Assembly: GCA_027031765.1 (NCBI GenBank)
Contig: JALVPN010000130.1
Location: 1-12,419, forward strand
Length of the DNA: 12,419 bases
Origin: Promethearchaeota archaeon
GTDB taxonomy: Archaea; Asgardarchaeota; Thorarchaeia; Thorarchaeales; Thorarchaeaceae
Direction of reading: 5' to 3'
Under the pieces are notes generated by a model. That model did no database searches, was not told the DNA's origin, and saw nothing but the letters and a program-made list of their open reading frames with translations. Shown here one piece after another: positions 1 through 6,607 of this stretch; position 1 is the first letter of the stretch, and each line of letters begins with the position of its first letter. A program made the position numbers and the translations under genes.

Positions 1-23
1 CATGCCCGCGTGCGCGTCCAATA

Positions 24-158
24 GGCCCGGTACTGCTCGATACGAGTGCGTACCTTAGGGGCGCCACGGGCCCGGTACTGCTCGATACGAGTGCGTACCT
101 TAGGGGCGCCACGGGCCCGGTACTGCTCGATACGAGTGCGTACCTTAGGGGCGCCACG
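24..158. repeat. Three perfect tandem copies of a 45-bp unit (GGCCCGGTACTGCTCGATACGAGTGCGTACCTTAGGGGCGCCACG)
   Basis: Read directly: units at 24-68, 69-113 and 114-158 are identical with no spacers. Each unit has an internal CTCG-ATA-CGAG inverted repeat. Confidence 0.97.
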
Positions 159-446
159 GCCATCACAGGGCCGGAAGGCTGGACTCGATTGGACCAGACT
201 GGACTGGTGGACACGTGCCACTTGTCCCGACCTCTCCATGAGGACGGCACTCCCGTCCCGGTGCAGTCTGTGGCCTCCGTGTCCGTGGTCGTGCTGCGCC
301 GTGCAGTCCCCTGTCGTGCAGTCCCCAAGTCATCGTCATAGCGCCCCATTGCGACAGCCCTTGGAAGGACACTGGAAACGGCTGGTTGGGGGTAGGTATG
401 CGGCGGTCTTACTGCATGTGGTGTATTATGGGCGTCATGCCGTGCA

Positions 447-1283
447 TCAGTCACTGTCCCTGTCCGGGATGTCCCATGCGCCCGGGTCCTCAAGGTCCCT
501 GCTGAGGATGGGCCTCTGACGGAGGGCAAGGAGGTCAGCATCGAACCTGTCACTGTCCACTACGAGCTCGTCGTTCTCCTCGTCCAAGTAGGCAGGGATC
601 AGCCCGCGTTCTATGCTCCTTCGGATGATACGGCGAGCACGTGAGACTTTCATCCCTGTGCTCTCCGCGATGCTCGACACTGTGAGTGCCACTTCAGACT
701 CAAGCGAGGCCCTCACGAACCCTGCGAACATCAGGACGAAGAACTCCCGGACATCTGCAAGACGTTCCTCATCGAGCACCTTGGTGAGGACTGTTTCGAT
801 GTAGTCGTCTGCGACGCCAAACTCGAACTCGCTCATCAGGAATGCCACCCGGAGGACGCGTTCGTCAGCGAGGTCTGATGTCCTCTGTGCGGCCCTGAGC
901 AGTTCCTTTACCATGTCCCTGTCGCCGCCTAGGAGCGCGTACAGGGTGGCATCAACGAGCATTGAAGGGTCCCTATCCCGTTCTGCTGCCATCAGACAGG
1001 CGTCGGCTGCAATCTGGCAGTCGAGCTCGAACTTGTCATACTCAGCCTGTCTCATCCACTGGTAGCCAGCACGGAGTAGGAGCCTTGCCGCTTCGCAGTA
1101 GCGCCGTTCAAGCATGGCGTGCTCATATGCCCGCTCATAGGCCAGTGCGGCACGTGAGAACGACTCCCACTTCTGCCAGCACTCGGCGGCCCTTGTGAAC
1201 TCTTCCATCGCTCTGACATTCTTGCCAGCATCTCCGAGCGCCTCCGCATTGTCCAGCAGGGTCTGGCAGTCGGAACGTTCCAT
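447..1283 (-). CDS. Helical-repeat (alpha-SNAP/TPR-like) protein with C-terminal PCI-like winged helix, 278 aa
   Basis: N-terminal helices (AMEEFTRAAECWQK..FSRAALAYERA..YCEAARLLLRA) have the AA..Y..AA pattern of alpha-SNAP/TPR-like solenoids. The C-terminal LTVSSIAESTGMKVSRARRIIRRSIERGLIPAYLDEENDELVV fits the PCI winged-helix pattern (I..LA..hgh....V...h..hI..G.I.a.ID....hV). GGGGA SD-like element upstream of ATG 1283. Confidence 0.65.
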   Translation of the reverse strand: MERSDCQTLLDNAEALGDAGKNVRAMEEFTRAAECWQKWESFSRAALAYERAYEHAMLERRYCEAARLLLRAGYQWMRQAEYDKFELDCQIAADACLMAAERDRDPSMLVDATLYALLGGDRDMVKELLRAAQRTSDLADERVLRVAFLMSEFEFGVADDYIETVLTKVLDEERLADVREFFVLMFAGFVRASLESEVALTVSSIAESTGMKVSRARRIIRRSIERGLIPAYLDEENDELVVDSDRFDADLLALRQRPILSRDLEDPGAWDIPDRDSD

Positions 1284-1381
1284 GAGCAGTCCCCGGTGTC
1301 ATGTTCAGGATCTATGGTTGACATGACATACTACCCATGAGGAACCCTGAGATAGCTGTCGTATCGCACCCCGGGCACCAC

Positions 1382-2068
1382 TCACTCCTCACCCACAATG
1401 CGGCCGTCCCTCATCCGGAAGATGCGCTGGACATACTTGGTGAGGTCCTCATTATGGGTGACCAGGACGACCGTCATCTCACGCTCCTTGTTCAGTTCTG
1501 CGATGAGATCCATTATTGTTTCGCCCGTCTTTGAGTCGAGGTTGCCGGTAGGCTCGTCGCAGAACAGGATGGGTGGGTTGTTGACGAGGGCCCGGGCAAT
1601 AGCGACCCTCTGCTGTTCGCCGCCCGACATCTGCCGGGGGAAGTGGTCGCGCCTCTCAAGCATGTCGACCTCCCTGAGCACCTCGAGCGCCATCTCCTCC
1701 TTCTTCTCCCATGTGAGCCCTTCGACCGGCCACAACACTGACTCGACATTCTCCAGTGCCGTGAGGTCCTCAATCAGGAGGAATGCCTGGAAGACGAAGC
1801 CTATCTTCTGGGCCCGCACCTTTGGTAGGTCGCGTTCACTTATCAGGGTCACATCGACCCCGTCCAAGAGGATTCTCCCTGAGCTCGGCTGCTCAAGGCC
1901 AGCCATCACGTGGAGCAGTGTCGACTTGCCGCATCCGGACGGGCCCACAACGGCCACGAACTCTCCCGGGAATATCTCAAGGTTGATGCTCTTCAGGGCC
2001 GCGACCGTATTCTTGCCCTTCCCATACTCCTTGTCCACTGCTTCAAGCCTGATTATCGGGTTTGCCAT
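1382..2068 (-). CDS. ABC transporter ATP-binding protein, LolD/MacB/FtsE-like
   Basis: Walker A GPSGCGKS, Q-loop GFVFQ, signature MSGGEQQRVAIARAL, Walker B/D-loop LFCDEPTGNLD, H-loop VTHN. Starts 7 nt after the permease stop. Confidence 0.95.
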   Translation of the reverse strand: MANPIIRLEAVDKEYGKGKNTVAALKSINLEIFPGEFVAVVGPSGCGKSTLLHVMAGLEQPSSGRILLDGVDVTLISERDLPKVRAQKIGFVFQAFLLIEDLTALENVESVLWPVEGLTWEKKEEMALEVLREVDMLERRDHFPRQMSGGEQQRVAIARALVNNPPILFCDEPTGNLDSKTGETIMDLIAELNKEREMTVVLVTHNEDLTKYVQRIFRMRDGRIVGEE

Positions 2069-2075
2069 GACTCAC

Positions 2076-2606
2076 TCACTCCTCCCGTAGTGCCTTCATT
2101 GGGGGTATCCGCATCGCCCGCAGCTGTGCGAGGACGAGTCCGGGAATCTGTAGGATGACAATGTAGAACAGTGTCATGCCCATCGGTCCCGCCTGTACCG
2201 TAATCGCATTCCTCACTGTGATGAGCAGCGACAGGTCGAACCCCGAGAAGTAACTGATAAGGCCCAGCACTTCCACGCTCAACTGGAACACCAAGAGGAA
2301 TGCGCCGAGGGACACAATTACCACCTCTCCTATCAGCAGCAGCAGTATGTCGTTGTTCTGCCACGATATGCACTTCAAGATTGCGATGTCTCTTCTCCTG
2401 AACTGAGAGATGAGTATCGCATACACTGTGGCAACGAGGCATGCCATCCCCAGCCACATGACCTCTGCCCCGGGTGCTGAGGCCGCCCGTTCTACCTGCT
2501 TGCCTACTACGATGAACAGCACAGCGTAGATGATCATGAATGCGAAGACCCGTTTTTTCGACCGGAGTGCCATCCGCATACTCTTGAGGAGAATTCGCCA
2601 GTTCAA
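2076..2606 (-). CDS. FtsX-like (type VII ABC) permease, very short, 176 aa
   Basis: About 4 hydrophobic segments. RRRDIAILKCISW..DILLLLIGE matches the R..EIAILKAhG...I..hhh.E coupling-helix motif, and C-terminal RAMRIPPMKALREE matches RA.rh.P..ALR.E. TTG start with GGAGG 9 nt upstream. Confidence 0.85.
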   Translation of the reverse strand: MNWRILLKSMRMALRSKKRVFAFMIIYAVLFIVVGKQVERAASAPGAEVMWLGMACLVATVYAILISQFRRRDIAILKCISWQNNDILLLLIGEVVIVSLGAFLLVFQLSVEVLGLISYFSGFDLSLLITVRNAITVQAGPMGMTLFYIVILQIPGLVLAQLRAMRIPPMKALREE

Positions 2607-2652
2607 ATAAGCAGTCCTCCTATGCGTATCACTTGTCGCAGGGTGCCCTTAC

Positions 2653-2661
2653 CTTAATTAT
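2653..2661 (-). promoter_or_regulatory. Putative TATA box for the permease/ATPase operon
   Basis: Minus strand reads CATAATTAAG, an AT-rich island about 50 nt upstream of the TTG at 2606 in a GC-rich background. Confidence 0.5.
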
Positions 2662-2782
2662 GTTTGGTGGTCATTGCTGCTCCAAGCCCGTCGCAATCCG
2701 GTGGGCTAGGTCATCCCGGGTAGTCTGTGGTACCGAGCTGTCATCTTTGCGCCTGTCAGACCACGGTTCTGGACTCCCAGGT

Positions 2783-2950
2783 TCATGCGATGTTCGTCGT
2801 GGGTATCCCGTCGACCCAGAGCTCTCTCCTCAGCAGATCCCTTATGGCAACCCTGATGGCCTCGCTCCGGTTCGGATAGAGCCCACGTGCAACGAGCTCG
2901 TCAATTGCACTGATGTAGACCTCACTCATTTTCACTGTTACGATCCGCAT
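2783..2950 (-). CDS. Ribbon-helix-helix (CopG/CdrS-like) transcription regulator, 55 aa; not in ORF track
   Basis: Hand translation: MRIVTVKMSEVYISAIDELVARGLYPNRSEAIRVAIRDLLRRELWVDGIPTTNIA*. Alternating N-terminal beta strand (RIVTVK), helix, G.YPNRSEAIR turn and second helix are typical of RHH/CdrS. GGGAGG SD 10 nt upstream; TTATTA about 45 nt upstream. Confidence 0.9.
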   Translation of the reverse strand: MRIVTVKMSEVYISAIDELVARGLYPNRSEAIRVAIRDLLRRELWVDGIPTTNIA

Positions 2951-3055
2951 CTCTCGTTTTCCTCCCGGCGTCCTGCTCCACCATGGGGCCGTCTAATAAG
3001 GCCTCCCCTACGACCAGTATGTCCCGGGTGTTACGCGCCATCCTCCTCATAGTCG

Positions 3056-3095
3056 ACAACACAACACAACACAACACAACACAACACACCACACC
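3056..3095 (+). repeat. Pentanucleotide microsatellite (ACAAC)6 followed by (ACACC)2
   Basis: Read directly at 3056-3085 and 3086-3095, in the divergent intergenic region between the RHH gene and the GTPase. Confidence 0.95.
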
Positions 3096-3157
3096 CGCCA
3101 TGATGATGTGTGTTCTCTTATCTGCCACCTGTGGCTGCGCTCCCGACCGAATCCGCT

Positions 3158-3174
3158 GCGAAAAAGGCTATATG
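3158..3174 (+). promoter_or_regulatory. Putative BRE/TATA promoter of the small GTPase gene
   Basis: GCGAAAAAGGCTATATG: purine-rich BRE-like tract directly followed by TATAT, about 110 nt upstream of the likely start. Confidence 0.5.
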
Positions 3175-3281
3175 TTGTGGAGAACTCGAATCTAGTACTC
3201 AGCGGTCATGAGCAGTTCCAGCATCATACCCCTGGGAGCCACCATGGAACAAAGACAGAACAGTACTCAGCGAGGGTCCCT

Positions 3282-3821
3282 GTGTTGGCAGAACAAGACT
3301 TCACTTACATGCGCAAGGTCGTGATGATTGGTGCTGGGGGGAGTGGCAAGACTGCACTTGTCAACCGCTTTCTGACCAACAGGTTTACGGAAGACTACAT
3401 CATGACGATTGGCTCACAGTTTGCAGTCAAGACCGTGCCCGCCATTGATGAGAACGGCTCCGAGGTGATGGTAAAGCTCTTGGTCTGGGATCTCGCAGGC
3501 CAGCAGCGTTTTGACTTCATACGTACGAGCTACTACCAGGGCGCAAAGGGCGCCCTCCTCGTCTTTGACACGACACGCAAGAGCACATTCGTGGAGCTCC
3601 CCCGCTGGCTCGAAGAGATTGATGGTGCCCTAGGTGTGCGGGTACCAATCCTCCTCCTCGCCAACAAGGTCGACCTCGTCGACGAGCGGGTCATTGATGC
3701 TGAGATGGGGCGGCGCTTCGTGGCGGAGAACAATCTTGAGGGCTACCTCGAGACCAGTGCGCTCACAGGCCAGAACGTTGAGGAGGCCTTCAGGATGCTC
3801 GCCCAGGCCAGCATCCGGTAA
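3282..3821 (+). CDS. Rab-like small GTPase (Ras superfamily)
   Basis: G1 GAGGSGKT, switch I YIMTIGSQF, G3 WDLAGQQRF, YYQGAKG, LVFDTT, G4 NKVD, G5 ETSAL. The ORF track start at 3108 looks over-extended; likely start is GTG 3282 or TTG 3285 (GAGGG upstream), with ATG 3309 as an alternative. Confidence 0.93.
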   Translation: MLAEQDFTYMRKVVMIGAGGSGKTALVNRFLTNRFTEDYIMTIGSQFAVKTVPAIDENGSEVMVKLLVWDLAGQQRFDFIRTSYYQGAKGALLVFDTTRKSTFVELPRWLEEIDGALGVRVPILLLANKVDLVDERVIDAEMGRRFVAENNLEGYLETSALTGQNVEEAFRMLAQASIR

Positions 3822-4073
3822 CGGTGCACATCCCTCCTCACACCGGTCATCGCTGCTCTCCAGTCCCCGGGGCGTCTTGGCCGGGCGTCCTCAGACCCCT
3901 ACATGTGTGCAGTTGTGTGCTACAGCGGGCCCAGTTTCCCTGCTCCCAGCTGACCCCTGCGCACGCCCGGCAATGCTCCCCGGAGCACCCAGGATGCTCA
4001 AACTGACCGGACCCATACGTATAACTCTGGCGCCTCATGCAGTAGCGCACACTCATGACTCGTGGTGAATGCT

Positions 4074-5216
4074 ATGACTGGTAAGCAACTGGACTGGGAT
4101 CTGCTCGAACGCCTGTGCAATGCGTTCGGGCCCAGCGGCTTTGAGCACGAGGTCCAGAGGACTGTGCGTGACTATGGGGCGCCCCTGGCCGACGAGGTGC
4201 TATATGACCGCCTCGCCTCGGTAATCTTCCGAAAGGGGGATGGTGGCCCAAAGATTATGCTTGCGGGCCATGTGGACGAGATTGGTTTCGTGATAACAGA
4301 CATCGAGAAGAACGGTTTCCTCAGGTTCCATCAGCTGGGCGGCTGGTGGGACCAGACCCTGTTGACGCAGGAGGTGGTAATCCGCCCCTCAAAAGGGGAC
4401 GAGAAGATTATCGGTGTGATTGGTGCCCCGCCACCACATGTCCTGTCCCCAGAGGCACGGAAGAAGGTGGTCACAAAGGACAAGATGTTCATCGACATCG
4501 GCGCGTCCTCTGCAAAGGAGGTCAGGGAGCTTGGCATCAGGGTCGGTGACCCTGCCGTGCCGTACTCGGAGTACCGTACCATGCGGCGCAAGCGTGTGGA
4601 GAAGGCTGATGCGGATGACAAGGACTCTGAAGAGGTCACCCGTGAAGTGACCCTTGCAGTGGCAAAGGCCTTTGATGACCGCATCGGCGTGTTCATTGCA
4701 CTCCAGGTGCTCCGACGACTGGCCCAGGAAGGGATTGAACACCCGAACACGGTCTACTCGGTCTCCACAACACAGGAAGAGGTCGGTCTCCGGGGGGCAC
4801 GCACTGCTGCCCGTGTCATCATGCCTGACGTCGGGTTCTCGCTGGACGTGGACATCTCCGGTGATGTGCCCGGTGTCGAGGGCCTCGTCCAGAAGATGGG
4901 GAAAGGGGTGTCCATCTCCGCAGGTGACGGCTCAATGATACCCAACCCGCGACTGAGAGCATTCGTCCTGGACGTCGCCGAAGAGGCCGGTATCCGCCAC
5001 CAACCGGCATTCCTGAAGGCTGGTGGGACCGACGCTGGCGTGATACATCTCACTGGTATCGGTGCACCCTCCCTCTTCATCGGCATCCCGACACGTCACA
5101 TCCACTCGCACCACGGGATACTTGACCTCAGTGATGTCGAGAGTGCGGTCGACCTCCTCGTAGAAGTGATTAAACGCCTTGATGCAGATACTGTGACCAG
5201 CTTCACAGAGGTCTAG
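4074..5216 (+). CDS. M42 family metallo-aminopeptidase (TET/FrvX-like)
   Basis: Metal-ligand motifs AGHVDEIG, AFDDRIG, QEEVGLRGA, LDVD and HIHSH, plus GGTDAG. ATG 4074 is preceded by GGTGA and by TATAA at 4020-4024; GTG 4062 is an alternative start. Confidence 0.95.
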   Translation: MTGKQLDWDLLERLCNAFGPSGFEHEVQRTVRDYGAPLADEVLYDRLASVIFRKGDGGPKIMLAGHVDEIGFVITDIEKNGFLRFHQLGGWWDQTLLTQEVVIRPSKGDEKIIGVIGAPPPHVLSPEARKKVVTKDKMFIDIGASSAKEVRELGIRVGDPAVPYSEYRTMRRKRVEKADADDKDSEEVTREVTLAVAKAFDDRIGVFIALQVLRRLAQEGIEHPNTVYSVSTTQEEVGLRGARTAARVIMPDVGFSLDVDISGDVPGVEGLVQKMGKGVSISAGDGSMIPNPRLRAFVLDVAEEAGIRHQPAFLKAGGTDAGVIHLTGIGAPSLFIGIPTRHIHSHHGILDLSDVESAVDLLVEVIKRLDADTVTSFTEV

Positions 5217-5396
5217 TCCGGGCCCTGTAGGGTGAGTGGTGCCTTGTGCCGGACACCGCCGCCCGGCCCGCTCATACATACCCAGCAGAGGAGAGGACTA
5301 CCGGCCCGGAGTCGGGAGCGCCGGGTACAGCAGTCTATTGTTGGCTGACGGCAGTCATGGTCTGGTGTGGTGTGCACTGGTAGGCCGCTGCCTTCC

Positions 5397-6485
5397 CTAC
5401 CGCTCCCTCTTCCCCTCTATGAACTCGTCGACCCTCTTCCTGGCCTCAAAGTCATCAATCTGGTAACGCGGGTGCTTGAAGCAGTATGAGCTGATGCTCG
5501 ACAGCTCGCCACCAATCCCACGGTCGAGGGCAATCTTGATGGCCCTGACCACGTCGATGATGACACCTGCGCTGTTCGGTGAGTCCTGTACAGAGAGCTT
5601 CAGGTGCAGGTCAATTGGCAGGTCGCCAAAGGCCCGGGAGCGCATGCTTATGTAGCACACCTTGTTGTCACCCAGGAAGGGGACATAGTCGCTCGGCCCA
5701 ATCTTGGTCGGCAGCTCGTAGTCGACACAGCTCGTCACGGCCTCGGTCTTGCTTATCCTCTTTGATGAGAGGCGCGCCTCGACCTGCATGTTCTCGAAGT
5801 CGGTGTTCCCACCGATGTTGAGCTGATACGTGTTCTGGAGGATGAGTCCCCGCTTGTCGAAGAGCTGGGCGAGCACCCTGTGGAGGATTGTGGCACCGAG
5901 CTGGCTCTTGATGTCATCGCCGGCACATGGGATCCCCTTGGACTCAAAGCCCTGTGCAATGGGGCTGTCCGGGTCGGAAACTATGAACTCCGGGATTGCG
6001 TTTATGAAGGCGACCTCCGCGTCGAGTGCGGCCTGTGCATAGATGCGGGAGCCCTCGGCGCTCCCTACTGGCAAGTAGTTTATCAGGACATCAGCCCGTG
6101 CCCTGCGCAGCTCCTCGGCGACATCCACTGGTTCGACCTCGCTACCATCATACGCGAAGAAGGACTCCCGCATGTGTGGTGCAACGCCGTCCGATATCGG
6201 CCCGGGCAGGACCTTTACCCCCGTCTTTGGTACGTCGGGCGCAAACCTGGCGCAGCAGTTCGGCTCGGCCCAGATGGCGTCGGCAATGTCGAGCCCTATC
6301 TTTTTCCTGTTGGCCTCAAAGGCTGCCACGAACCTGAGGTCTCTCGGGAAGTACCCACCAAAGTCAACATGCATCAGTCCGGGCACTTCGTCATCGGCCT
6401 TTGCATTCCTGTAGTAGTGGACTCCTTGGACCAGCGCTGACGCACAGTTGCCGAGTCCTGCAATTGCGACACGTATCTCGCCCAT
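5397..6485 (-). CDS. ino1: Myo-inositol-1-phosphate (inositol-3-phosphate) synthase, archaeal/actinobacterial type
   Basis: GLGNCASALVQG Rossmann motif, NYLPVGS, GDDIKSQLGAT.LHR, QLNIGGNTDF.NM, SK.ISKT, DNK, DSPNSAG. ATG 6485 likely; GTG 6494 alternative. Confidence 0.96.
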   Translation of the reverse strand: MGEIRVAIAGLGNCASALVQGVHYYRNAKADDEVPGLMHVDFGGYFPRDLRFVAAFEANRKKIGLDIADAIWAEPNCCARFAPDVPKTGVKVLPGPISDGVAPHMRESFFAYDGSEVEPVDVAEELRRARADVLINYLPVGSAEGSRIYAQAALDAEVAFINAIPEFIVSDPDSPIAQGFESKGIPCAGDDIKSQLGATILHRVLAQLFDKRGLILQNTYQLNIGGNTDFENMQVEARLSSKRISKTEAVTSCVDYELPTKIGPSDYVPFLGDNKVCYISMRSRAFGDLPIDLHLKLSVQDSPNSAGVIIDVVRAIKIALDRGIGGELSSISSYCFKHPRYQIDDFEARKRVDEFIEGKRER

Positions 6486-6531
6486 GCGGCTCACTATCCC
6501 TGCTATTTTACAGCTGTAGAATAGCCCCTTC

Positions 6532-6539
6532 TTTTAAAA
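6532..6539 (-). promoter_or_regulatory. TATA box of ino1
   Basis: TTTTAAAA about 47 nt upstream of ATG 6485, in a short intergenic region. Confidence 0.65.
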
Positions 6540-6567
6540 CTATCGAGTTCGCACACTGTGCCCTCTC

Positions 6568-6607
6568 ATGTTTCCCTGCTGTCCTCTATGTTTCCCTGCT
6601 GTCTTCT
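6568..6607. repeat. 20-bp tandem duplication (19/20 identical) spanning the XPF stop codon
   Basis: ATGTTTCCCTGCTGTCCTCT at 6568-6587 and ATGTTTCCCTGCTGTCTTCT at 6588-6607. Confidence 0.9.

Noticed and set aside
24-158. CRISPR array
   Set aside because: The units are contiguous with no unique spacers, and there are no cas genes in the window.
46-519. 157-aa plus-strand ORF with a 15-aa repeat
   Set aside because: It is a by-product of the 45-bp repeat, has low-complexity Arg/Pro/Cys composition, has no SD and overlaps the 3' end of the PCI-like gene.
2633-3195. Track ORFs 2633-3052 (+), 2922-3128 (-, VVCCVVLCCVVL) and 2983-3195 (+, TTQHNTTQH)
   Set aside because: They are the antisense shadow of the RHH gene or translations of the ACAAC microsatellite, with no protein-like features.
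3108-3281. Long N-terminal extension of the GTPase given by the track
   Set aside because: It overlaps the putative BRE/TATA and has no recognisable domain; a later start with an SD fits Rab-like proteins better.
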